Positions 50,843 through 59,465 of a DNA stretch of 64,000 bases are shown here, one piece after another. This stretch comes from Candidatus Eiseniibacteriota bacterium (GTDB lineage: Bacteria > Eisenbacteria > RBG-16-71-46 > CAZAMP01). The translations under genes and the position numbers were made by a program. The notes under the pieces were generated by a model. The model was not told where the DNA came from. It did not search any database and worked only from the letters and a program-made list of their open reading frames with translations. Location of the stretch: assembly GCA_965224245.1 (NCBI GenBank), contig OZ245046.1, positions 2,720,001 to 2,784,000 on the forward strand. Reading direction: 5' to 3'. Each line of letters opens with the position of its first letter. Position 1 is the first letter of the stretch.

Positions 50843-51916
50843 TCAGGGGTCGGAGTCTAGCACGGGGCTGAGCGACGCCGTCCCGTCGTCCGCGTCGAGC
50901 GTGGCGTGCACGCCCGTCCGATCCACCACCACCACGTCGACCCCGACGAGCGCGCGCGCCAGCTCGAGCGTCGCGTCGCGTCCCATCACGAAGAACCCGG
51001 TGGCGAGCGCATCGGCCATCGCGGCATCCCGGGTGAGCACGGTGACCGAACCGTCGAACTCGGGCGGAAACCCGGTGCGGGGATCCAGGATGTGACCGAT
51101 CGGAGTGGCCCCGGCCGGTGACGCGCGCAGGTAGTTGCCCGAGGTGGCCACTGCGCTCTCGCCGACCGTCAGCACGGCCACCGTGCGCGACGGCGCGTAG
51201 GGGTCGGTCACGAGAAGGGTCCGGCGCCCGTCGGTCTCACCGCCGATCGTGCGGAGGTCTCCGCCGATGTTCACGATCACGTCGGTGAGTCCGTGCGCCA
51301 CGAGCTCGGCGAAGACGGCGTCGATGATCCAGCCCTTCGCGACGCCCGCGACGCCGATCTCGGTGCGCGGGTCGCGGAACGCGATCCCATCCGCGATGAC
51401 GACGTTCCGGTAGTCGACCGCGCCGAGGACGCTCGCGACCTCCGCGGTCGATGCCGCACGTCCCACGGCCCGGGCCGCGCTCCACACCGCGTCGAGGGGC
51501 TTCCACGTCACGTCGAACGCGCCCTCGGTCAGCTCCGACACGCGCCTGGACCCCTCGAGCAGCGTCCGCACGTCGGACGAGACCGGCACCGGCCGGCGAC
51601 CGGCGTTGGCGTTGATGAACGAGATCTCGCTGTCGGGGATCCACTCCGAGAAGCGCGATTCCAGCGCGCGCACGAGGTCGCGTGCGTCTCCCACGACCGC
51701 GTCGGCGTCGATCGCGGCGTCGCCGTCGGCCAGCCGGGGAACGACGATGCGAACCTCGTACGTCGTTCCCAGCTCCTCGCCCCGATCGACGATGACCTCG
51801 ACGTCGCCGTAGTCGGTGTGCGTGATCGCGCCCCCCGACGGCGTCGATCCCCCGAGCGCCAGCGTGAGCGCTCCCGTCAGGCCGAGAGCGGCCGGTCGCC
51901 CGATCCACTCCGTCAC
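50843..51916 (-). CDS. apbE: FAD:protein FMN transferase
   Basis: 'LGTTY', 'SEISFIN', 'TEGAFDVT', 'GVAKGW.ID', 'NIGGD', 'ATSGNY', 'HILDPRTG', 'ADALAT'. GTG 51916 overlaps the upstream stop. Confidence 0.9.
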   Translation of the reverse strand: MTEWIGRPAALGLTGALTLALGGSTPSGGAITHTDYGDVEVIVDRGEELGTTYEVRIVVPRLADGDAAIDADAVVGDARDLVRALESRFSEWIPDSEISFINANAGRRPVPVSSDVRTLLEGSRRVSELTEGAFDVTWKPLDAVWSAARAVGRAASTAEVASVLGAVDYRNVVIADGIAFRDPRTEIGVAGVAKGWIIDAVFAELVAHGLTDVIVNIGGDLRTIGGETDGRRTLLVTDPYAPSRTVAVLTVGESAVATSGNYLRASPAGATPIGHILDPRTGFPPEFDGSVTVLTRDAAMADALATGFFVMGRDATLELARALVGVDVVVVDRTGVHATLDADDGTASLSPVLDSDP

Positions 51917-53103
51917 CACGGCACCTCCATGCCGAGGCTGCCTCCGGCCACGCGGAGCCCATCGGTGCGATCCAGACCGAACGCGGACAGCTTCACCCGC
52001 GGCGGGCGCGTCCACCGGTTGCCGATGGCCACGTCGACCGAGATCCCGCCCCCGTTCGTACGAAACGACCCGAGATCGGAGTCCTGCGTCCGATACGCCG
52101 CCGGCCGCTCGGCCGTGCTGTCCACGTAGCGAGCGCCGGACTGATCCGAGTGCCGCACCCAGCCGCGGAGGACCACGCGACCGAGGCGAGCCGAGACGCT
52201 GGGCTCGACGGCCACGTGCCCGAGATCCCACGAATCGGTGTAGGTGCTGGCGTCCAGCCCGACGAACGTGCTTCGGCTCAGCGAGAGCCTGACGCGGGCG
52301 TTGAGCTGCACACGATCCCGACGCCGCGGGAGGCGCTCGTCCTCGATGTCCACCGGGATCCCGTCCTCGAAACGCACGACGTAGTTGTACGGATCCGACA
52401 GGAGCCCGATCTCGCGCGTGAGCTGCAGGCTGACGTTCGTGACGGCGCGCGGCGAGATCGTCTGCGCCCAGCCGAGCACGAGGTTCGACGACGCGCGATG
52501 CGAGCGTCCCCGCGTGGTGAAGTCCCAGTACTGGAGCTTCGGGAACGCGACCCGGACGCGCCAGGATGCGCTGAGCGACGTGTCGCCACCGTTCGGTCGA
52601 TGCACGACGTCGAGATCGATGCCGCCGACGATGTACCCGTACTGATGGTGATAGAAGAGCCCGGGGCTCACGGTCCACCGACCGTCGGCGCTGTCCACGT
52701 CGAGCGCGAGCCCGGCGTCGAGCGTCAGGAGCTCTGCCGAGGCCGACGTCACGTTCACCGCCCCGATGGTCGCCGGCAACGTCTCCGGCGGATCGTTGTC
52801 GATCCATCCCAGAGACGCGTTCGCACGCAGCGCGCGCCCGGCGCCGGTGGGGAGCGTCAGGCTCGCCCGCGCGCCACCATACACGAAGCCCTCGGCCTTG
52901 AGCCGCTGACCGGGATCGTCGTCCTGGGAGAACGCGAACACATCGAACGTCGCGGCCCGCTCGATCGGCGCCTGCGCGCCGGCAACGGACGCGATCATCA
53001 AGAGGGCGGTCTCCCAGACGAGCCACCGCAGGAGCCGCCGCGGCCGGACGTCGCGGGATCGGGAGTCGACGGACCGGCGTTCGCGCCGGTCCCGATCGGT
53101 CAC
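51913..53103 (-). CDS. DUF3570-family outer-membrane beta-barrel protein
   Basis: Signal peptide; 'NVTSAS'; 'GLLSDPY', 'ERLPRRRDR', 'YTDSWDL', 'YRTQDSDLGSF'; terminal aromatic. Sits between the DUF4266 gene and apbE with GTGA overlaps. Confidence 0.75.
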   Translation of the reverse strand: MTDRDRRERRSVDSRSRDVRPRRLLRWLVWETALLMIASVAGAQAPIERAATFDVFAFSQDDDPGQRLKAEGFVYGGARASLTLPTGAGRALRANASLGWIDNDPPETLPATIGAVNVTSASAELLTLDAGLALDVDSADGRWTVSPGLFYHHQYGYIVGGIDLDVVHRPNGGDTSLSASWRVRVAFPKLQYWDFTTRGRSHRASSNLVLGWAQTISPRAVTNVSLQLTREIGLLSDPYNYVVRFEDGIPVDIEDERLPRRRDRVQLNARVRLSLSRSTFVGLDASTYTDSWDLGHVAVEPSVSARLGRVVLRGWVRHSDQSGARYVDSTAERPAAYRTQDSDLGSFRTNGGGISVDVAIGNRWTRPPRVKLSAFGLDRTDGLRVAGGSLGMEVPW

Positions 53104-53354
53104 TGACACCCGCATCCGCCGGCCGTGCTGGTCCCGAACCCGCCGAGGTGCCCCTCGCGCGCCGCCTCGACCTTCGTGCGTAGATACATGAGGGTCGGGT
53201 CGGCGTCGAACTGCATCAGCTCGTCGGCGATCCGGTCGCGTTCGGCGATCTGCGTCGTCGCGCATCCGATCGCCATGGCGGCGGCGGCGATCCCCAGCGC
53301 GAGAGCGAGGGCGCGCGAGACCCGACGAACTCCTCGAGGCGCCGTGCTCATCAC
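53100..53354 (-). CDS. DUF4266-family small lipoprotein
   Basis: Lipobox-like AIGC; 'ER..IA...MQFD', 'AAREG...GG', and C-terminal GGCGC. Confidence 0.8.
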   Translation of the reverse strand: MMSTAPRGVRRVSRALALALGIAAAAMAIGCATTQIAERDRIADELMQFDADPTLMYLRTKVEAAREGHLGGFGTSTAGGCGCQ

Positions 53355-56059
53355 AGGCCCTTCCCCTCACCACGCCCCAGCGCGAGGAGATTGGCGAGAA
53401 GCCGGTACGCGCCGGGCACGCCGGATGGAAGCTGGCGGAAGAGTCCGACCCCGACGTATACCCAGTGTCCGTGGCCGACGCGCGCGTGCACGAGGCCGCC
53501 GGTCCGGGGTCCGGCGTTGTACGGCCACGGATCCTCGAGGGTCAGAAGATCCACGTAGCGTGGGTCGTCGGTCTCCAGGAAGTACAGGCCGCGTTCCTGC
53601 ACCCATCCGCTCCAGTCCGCCTCGCCCAGACGGTTCGGCGTGATGAAGACCGGGTGATCGGGCACGTTCACCTGAACCGGTGATTCCTCCACCGTCACCC
53701 GGCCCCGCCCGACGCGGGCCGCGCCGTACGGGGTGAACGGGCTGTCGTGGCGGCCGTCGTTGAACTCGAACTTGTTGTACTGAACGACGAGCACGCCGCC
53801 CGCGTCCATCCAGCGCACGAGCCGGTCCTGGGCGGCGGCCAGGTCGGCGCGCACCTTGTACGCGCGGACGCCGGTCACGATGACGTCGTAGTCGGAGAGA
53901 TCCCCTTCGAGGAGCGTCGTCGAGTCGAGTCGGTCCACCGCATGGCCCAGTGTCTCGATCGCCTCGCGCGTGCGATCACCCGCGCCGTCGACGTAGCCCA
54001 CCCGGAGACCGCTCGCGCGCGCACAGGGGAACGTGCTCACGTTCGACACCGCGGGGCGAACGAGCCAGGCCCGCCGCACGTGCGGGTAGTCGATCGCCTG
54101 GACGCCGTCCCGACGAACGGCGCCGCTCGCCTCCGATCGGACCCATGCGCCGATCGTCGTCGTCGTGGCGCTCGAGCGCGGCACCTCGAGCGTGAAGCGT
54201 CCCCGCTCGACCTCCCCCGGCTCGAGCGCGAACGTGAGCTCACCGGGCGACACCGACCAGCCTGCCGGCACGTCGAGCCCGGCGGCGACGACTCCGCCCG
54301 CGAGGCTCGTGACCTCGACGTCGATCTCGGCCACGCCGTCCGCGTCGCCGGACAGCGGAACCGCGAGCGCATCGGCCAGGATCCGGACTCCCGGATCGGG
54401 CACGACGTGAACGTCGACCTCGCGCACGGTCGGGAGCTCGGCGTCGATCGTCTGGTGGACCACTCGCACCTCGGGCAGCGCGATCGCGTCGTCACCGTGG
54501 AACAGCGTGGGACGGGCCACGAACGCCGTCCAGCGCGGGCGACGGAACCGGGCGGCCTCCGCCTCGGCGATGGCATTTCCCCGGCGCGGCACCGCGCGGG
54601 CACAGGTCGGCTCGGCATCGGCCCGGGTTCCCAGCGTCACGCGCTCCCGCCGCGTCTCGCCGGGCGCGAGCGACCGCCGCCAGGTGCCGCGTGCCAGCGC
54701 GTCGCCCGGATCCGCGCCGGTCGCGTCCCCGTCGGCCGACCCGGCGAGCGCACGGGCCACGTCACCCGACAGCGTCAGACCGACCTCGACCGGACGTGCG
54801 AGACGATGCCGCATCGCGACGTCGAGCGTCAGCTCCGCGTCGGGACCGACGCTCGCACGGTCGGCGCGGACGACGACGTCGAGCCCCATCGCGATCCCGA
54901 TCGCATGCGCGGCTCGCTCCGCGAGCGTGTCCAGCCGACACCGATCGGTGGCGTCCTCGGCTCCGGCGCGTGCCGCGTGGATCACGCGCCACAGCGAGAT
55001 CAGAGGGTCGACGAGATCCTCCGGCGTCTCCGGGTCGTACGCCGCGCGCACGTCGGCGACCCGAGCCGCCAGCTCGCGGCCGAATGCGGTCGGACCCTGC
55101 TCGTCCTCGACCAGCGGCTCGGGGAGGCCGGCCCAGAAGGCCGGCAGATCCCCCAGGGGCTCACCGCGCGAGGCCGCCCATCGCCAGCGCGACTCGCGCG
55201 AAGCCAGAGGCTCGAACGTTGCGGCCATGCCCTGGCACTTGTGTTGCGCGCGGGACGCGAGGCCGACGCGCGCGTAGCTCGCGCCGAGAATGGGGTCCAC
55301 GACCCCCAGCGGAATGCGGACCTCGTTCTCGATCTCGGCCTCGGGATCCCACTCCTGACGGAACAGGCGGGCCGCGGCGTGCGGCTCGCCGAGCTCGGGC
55401 CACTGGGGCGTGGCTGCGACGTCGAACGCGCGACGCGCGAGACGCGCGCTCGCCTGGTGGTGCTGGCCGCCGCCCGGCCCGTCGTCGAGCATCGTCAACA
55501 CGACGTCCGGACGCCACTCGCGCACGACGGCGACCACGTCCCGGAGGATGGACTCCTCGTCCCACTTCTCGTAGGTCTCCTCGACCGAGAACGAGTAGCC
55601 GAACTCGAACGCACGCGAGAAGAACTGCGTGACACCGGTGTACGCGGCCGCCGATTCGAGCTCCCGCCCGCGCAGCACGCCGAGCGCATCGAAGAGCTCG
55701 GTGCCGATCTCGTTCTGACCGCCTTCGCCGCGCGTCAGCGTCAGGAGCGCCACCTCGGCGCCGTCGCGATGAACCAGCCGCGCGAGGAGACCGGCGTCCT
55801 CGTCGTCGGGATGAGCGGTCACGTAGAGAACGCGCCGCGTCTGATCCAGCTTGCGCAGGACGAGCGCCAGCTCGCGGGCGTCGTCGATCGCCGGCGCGAG
55901 GGCGTTCGTCACCGAGGCCGTGCCGCCGATCGCGATCGCGGACACGACGCTCACCGCCGTGGCACGCAGGCACGACGGAGCGAGCCCGCGCCGCCGGCTC
56001 GGGGGGGCACTCGTCGCGGTCCAGAGACGCGTCTGTCGTCGCGAGCGAGGTGCGTGCAT
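53351..56059 (-). CDS. PIG-L/LmbE-family deacetylase with NEW3-like and class-I glutamine-amidotransferase-like domains
   Basis: 'AHPDDE', 'TRGEGGQNEIG', 'FGYSFS.EET', 'QHHQAS', 'SRAQHKCQGM'; C-terminal 'VGYVDGAGD...YDVIVTGVRAY...GGVLVVQYN...RVTVEESPV...WVQERGLYF...FRQLPSGVPGAYRLLANLL'. Confidence 0.88.
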   Translation of the reverse strand: MHAPRSRRQTRLWTATSAPPSRRRGLAPSCLRATAVSVVSAIAIGGTASVTNALAPAIDDARELALVLRKLDQTRRVLYVTAHPDDEDAGLLARLVHRDGAEVALLTLTRGEGGQNEIGTELFDALGVLRGRELESAAAYTGVTQFFSRAFEFGYSFSVEETYEKWDEESILRDVVAVVREWRPDVVLTMLDDGPGGGQHHQASARLARRAFDVAATPQWPELGEPHAAARLFRQEWDPEAEIENEVRIPLGVVDPILGASYARVGLASRAQHKCQGMAATFEPLASRESRWRWAASRGEPLGDLPAFWAGLPEPLVEDEQGPTAFGRELAARVADVRAAYDPETPEDLVDPLISLWRVIHAARAGAEDATDRCRLDTLAERAAHAIGIAMGLDVVVRADRASVGPDAELTLDVAMRHRLARPVEVGLTLSGDVARALAGSADGDATGADPGDALARGTWRRSLAPGETRRERVTLGTRADAEPTCARAVPRRGNAIAEAEAARFRRPRWTAFVARPTLFHGDDAIALPEVRVVHQTIDAELPTVREVDVHVVPDPGVRILADALAVPLSGDADGVAEIDVEVTSLAGGVVAAGLDVPAGWSVSPGELTFALEPGEVERGRFTLEVPRSSATTTTIGAWVRSEASGAVRRDGVQAIDYPHVRRAWLVRPAVSNVSTFPCARASGLRVGYVDGAGDRTREAIETLGHAVDRLDSTTLLEGDLSDYDVIVTGVRAYKVRADLAAAQDRLVRWMDAGGVLVVQYNKFEFNDGRHDSPFTPYGAARVGRGRVTVEESPVQVNVPDHPVFITPNRLGEADWSGWVQERGLYFLETDDPRYVDLLTLEDPWPYNAGPRTGGLVHARVGHGHWVYVGVGLFRQLPSGVPGAYRLLANLLALGRGEGKGL

Positions 56060-56186
56060 CCGATTCCTCCCGGTGTTCGTGGCGAGGGACGGGGCGATCA
56101 TACATGAGGGCGGTCGCACGCTCGATCGGGTATTCTCGAACGTCCTCGTGTCGTCGTGGTACCGCTCGTGTCCGGGAGGGAAGCCT

Positions 56187-57851
56187 GTGCGCCCGTTCGA
56201 CTGGATGATCTTCGTCGGTTTTCTGGCCTACGTGGTGATCGACGGGCTCCGCCGCGGTCGGGGCCAGCGAACCTCCGAGGATTACTTCCTGGCCGGGCGC
56301 GGCGTGAGGTGGTGGGGCGTGTGGCTCTCGATCATGGCCACGCAGGCCTCGGCGATCACGATGGTCGGAACCACCGGGCAGGGATGGCTGGACGGTACGC
56401 GATTCGTCCAGTTCTACTTCGGGCTTCCGATCGCGATGCTGATCCTCGCGTACACGGCCGTGCCCGCCTATCACCGTACGGGCGTCACCACCGCCTACGA
56501 GTACCTGGGGCGCCGCTTCGACGCGAAGACGCGCACGCTGTCGGCGGTGCTGTTCCTGGTGCTGCGCGGGCTGTCGGTGGGGTTCGTGATTCACGCGCCC
56601 GCCCTCGTCCTGGCCAAGATCTTCGCGCTGCCGCTGGGTGCGACCGTGGTCGCGACCGGCGGGGTGGCGATCGCCTACACGGTCGTGGGAGGCCTCGGCG
56701 CCGTCATCTCCACCGACGTCAAGCAGATGATCGTCATGTCGGTCGGCCTGGCGGTCGCGTTCGGCTGCGCGATCGCGACGCTTCCCGATCACGTGGGGTT
56801 CGACGGGGCGTTGACGCTCGCGCGCGCCAGCGGACATCTCGTGCTCGCGGACACCCGCTGGGACCCGGCCGAGAAGTACACGATCTGGTCGAGCCTGCTC
56901 GGCGGCCTGTTCCTGTTTCTGTCGTACTTTGGAACCGACCAGAGCCAGGCGCAGCGACTGCTCGCGTCGCGCTCGATGCGCGACACCCGGCTCGCGTTGC
57001 TCCTGAACGGCGTGTTCAAGATCCCGTTCCAGCTCCTGGTGCTCCTGACGGGAACGCTTCTGTTCGTGCACTACCTGTACGCGGAGCCGCGTGTGAGCTT
57101 CGATCCGGCCGAGCCGTCCGAGCGCTCGGCGCTGGTCGAGACCGAGCGTCAGACGTACGACGACACCGTGACCGCCTACTCGGAAGCGCAGGTCGCGGCG
57201 CGGGCGGCGGCCGAGCGGGTGCTGGAGGACCCCCGAGACGCGGCGAGCGCGGCCGCGTTCCGCGACGCGCTGGACACCGCGCGCGCGGAGCGGGCGGCAG
57301 CCACGGATGCTCGCGGCGGCGGCTCCGACACGAACTACGTGTTCCTGGACTTCATCCTCGGGTGGATGCCGGTCGGACTGGCGGGACTCCTCCTGGCCGC
57401 GATCTTCGCGGCGGCGCTCTCCAGCATCGACTCGGAGCTGAACGCGATGGCGACGGTGGCGGTGGTGGACGTCTACCAGCGCATCCGACCCGGCTCGGCG
57501 TCGATCGTCGCGGTCTCGCGCATGGCGACGCTCGTCGTGGGCACCGGCGCCACCGCGTTCGCGCTGTACGCGGGGCACATGGGCTCGTTGATCGAGGCGG
57601 TCAACCGGGTGGGGTCGTACGTGTACGGCTCGCTCCTGGGCGCGTTCGTTCTCGCGTGGCTCGTGCCCCGGGCGACCGGCCACGGCGCATTCGTGGGCCT
57701 TCTGTGCGGGATGCTGGTGGTCGGCGTGGCCGCCGAGACCGACCTCGCGTTCCTGTTCCTGAACGCGATCGGGACCGTGACCGTCGTCGTCGTGGGGACG
57801 CTGGTCTCGATCGCGACCGGCGCCCGCGACGGCGACGCTACGGCGTCCTGA
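56187..57851 (+). CDS. Sodium:solute symporter (SSS family)
   Basis: 'EDYFLAGR', 'SIMATQASAIT', 'TAYEYLGRRF', 'YFGTDQSQAQR', 'IFAAALSS.DSELNA'; GGGAGG RBS before GTG 56187. Confidence 0.92.
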   Translation: MRPFDWMIFVGFLAYVVIDGLRRGRGQRTSEDYFLAGRGVRWWGVWLSIMATQASAITMVGTTGQGWLDGTRFVQFYFGLPIAMLILAYTAVPAYHRTGVTTAYEYLGRRFDAKTRTLSAVLFLVLRGLSVGFVIHAPALVLAKIFALPLGATVVATGGVAIAYTVVGGLGAVISTDVKQMIVMSVGLAVAFGCAIATLPDHVGFDGALTLARASGHLVLADTRWDPAEKYTIWSSLLGGLFLFLSYFGTDQSQAQRLLASRSMRDTRLALLLNGVFKIPFQLLVLLTGTLLFVHYLYAEPRVSFDPAEPSERSALVETERQTYDDTVTAYSEAQVAARAAAERVLEDPRDAASAAAFRDALDTARAERAAATDARGGGSDTNYVFLDFILGWMPVGLAGLLLAAIFAAALSSIDSELNAMATVAVVDVYQRIRPGSASIVAVSRMATLVVGTGATAFALYAGHMGSLIEAVNRVGSYVYGSLLGAFVLAWLVPRATGHGAFVGLLCGMLVVGVAAETDLAFLFLNAIGTVTVVVVGTLVSIATGARDGDATAS

Positions 57852-58431
57852 GGAACGCGGACTCCTCGATCGCCCCCCCGAAGATGTCCTTGAAGTCCGT
57901 GCCGCGATCGGCCGCCCCTTCGTCGTTCGCGATCACGAGTCCGAGCCGGGCGAACGCCTTCCAGCCGCTGTTCGTGGCGTCGGGTACCACCAGGTTCAGG
58001 TCGGTCTCGGCGAAGTCCACGACGACCGTGGCCAGACCGTTCACCGGGTTCTCGGGGATCGCCTTCAGATAGGGCCCGTACGGATGGGCGGCGTCACGCT
58101 CGGTGCTCGTGATCCCCGACGCATTCGACGGAAACAAGAGCTGGCGCTCGAACGCGATCCGGGCCTCCGCGGCCGATGCGACGTCGGTGCCGTCCGACGC
58201 CTTCTTCAGCCCCGGGTAGACGCCGCGATGCTGGTGTCGGTAGAGCTCGACGGCCGAATTGAGCGCGCGGAGATCGCGCCGGAGCGCGGCGGTCTTCGCG
58301 TCGGCCGAGCTCGTCGCGAATCGCGGGATCGCCACCGCGGCCAGGACCGATACGACCGTGACGACGATGAGGAGCTCGACGAGCGTGAGCCCGTCGCGAG
58401 CTCTGAGGACGTGCATGACTTTCGCTTCCAT
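57838..58431 (-). CDS. Type IV pilin / type II secretion pseudopilin-like protein
   Basis: Class III signal 'RDG|LTLVELLIVVTVVSVLAAVAIPRF' with Glu+5; 'AVELYR.QH...YP'; 'YGPYLKAIPENPVNG'. Start is 58431 or 58416. Confidence 0.85.
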   Translation of the reverse strand: MEAKVMHVLRARDGLTLVELLIVVTVVSVLAAVAIPRFATSSADAKTAALRRDLRALNSAVELYRHQHRGVYPGLKKASDGTDVASAAEARIAFERQLLFPSNASGITSTERDAAHPYGPYLKAIPENPVNGLATVVVDFAETDLNLVVPDATNSGWKAFARLGLVIANDEGAADRGTDFKDIFGGAIEESAFLRTP

Positions 58432-58643
58432 CGGACGGCCCCCGTGGAGAGCGCGGCCGAGCTGGGCACCGGAGTCGAAACGGCCTGTCGAACACTCCTA
58501 TCGACACCGCGCGTCGACCGCTTCAGCGGGCCCTATCTGGAGGCGTAGTATGTTGCACGACAATTACCTAGACCCCGAGGGACGGCTGACCACGACCGCT
58601 CGGACTCCCCCCGGAGAGCGGCGCGGGGCCGGCCGCGGCCGGC

Positions 58644-58868
58644 CTAGGGCTGGAAGGGCTGCGCCCCGTGGCGCTCGAGAACGGCCCGCCAGGTCTCCTC
58701 GTCGAGAACCTCCGACTCCTCGATCAGCATGATCGGGATGTCGTCCTCCACGCGATAGCGGCGCCGCGTGGCCGGATCGGTCGAGACGAGCGTGTCACCG
58801 TCCACGACGAGAGGCGCCTTGCTCTCGGGGCAGACGAGGATCTCCAGGAGCTCGGGTGAGATCGCCAT
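58644..58868 (-). CDS. Trm112-family protein
   Basis: 'ISPELLEILVCPESKAPL...RRYRVEDDIPIMLIEE'. Confidence 0.9.
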   Translation of the reverse strand: MAISPELLEILVCPESKAPLVVDGDTLVSTDPATRRRYRVEDDIPIMLIEESEVLDEETWRAVLERHGAQPFQP

Positions 58869-59160
58869 CGGTCGGATCCCGTCCTTTCACGGATTGCGTG
58901 ACGCGGCAGCTGACTCCGGCGCCGAGTGTACATGTCCCCGGTGCGCCCCGCGACCGGGCGTCGCGAGTCCCGGTGCGCGTGCGGCGTCGCGGAAGCTCGC
59001 CGCCCGGACCCGGACGTCCGGCCCGGGCACATCGTACGCAATCGCACGCTCGCGTCGGGCCGCGCGCGCACTGCCGGACACAGAGAAGCGGCCACCCCCA
59101 TCCCCTAAGATATTAATATAGAAAGACTTAAATCGAATCTCGCAGCCCCGACCGATCCCT

Positions 59161-59176
59161 TGGCCCCACCCTTGCT
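59161..59176 (+). promoter_or_regulatory. Sigma54 promoter preceded by an AT-rich IHF-like tract
   Basis: TGGCcccacccTTGCT with GG-N10-GC spacing; the AT-rich tract TAAGATATTAATATAGAAAGACTTAAAT is at 59106-59133. Confidence 0.65.
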
Positions 59177-59239
59177 GTTCTCCAGGGGCATCCCTCCCGT
59201 CGCGCGACGTCGCGTCCGTCACCAGCCTCGGAGGTCCTC

Positions 59240-59335
59240 ATGCCCGCGACCCCGTTCCGCCACGACCACATCCCGTCGGCACCGGTCCCTCTGGGCACGG
59301 GCTCGCTGGAGATCTGGCAAGGCATCGACACGTAG
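59240..59335 (+). CDS. Unannotated 31-aa small ORF MPATPFRHDHIPSAPVPLGTGSLEIWQGIDT
   Basis: GGAGG at 59230-59234, ATG 59240, TAG 59333-59335, mostly G/C third positions. It follows the sigma54 promoter and precedes a hairpin. Confidence 0.5.
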   Translation: MPATPFRHDHIPSAPVPLGTGSLEIWQGIDT

Positions 59336-59339
59336 GCGA

Positions 59340-59402
59340 CGCGCCGCCGTCGTGGGCGGGCAATGGCGCCACCGGCCATTGCGGCGAGAACCCGTCGGCG
59401 CG
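59340..59402 (+). terminator. GC-rich stem-loop after the small ORF (possible transcript 3' end; no U-tract)
   Basis: GCAATGGC (59360-59367) pairs with GCCATTGC (59375-59382); the outer CGCGCCG (59340-59346) pairs with CGGCGCG (59396-59402). Confidence 0.4.
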
Positions 59403-59465
59403 CCCCGCGTGCTAGTGTCCCGGGTCCGACGTCACGTCCGGTGGCAATCGACGGGGAGCGAGCAG

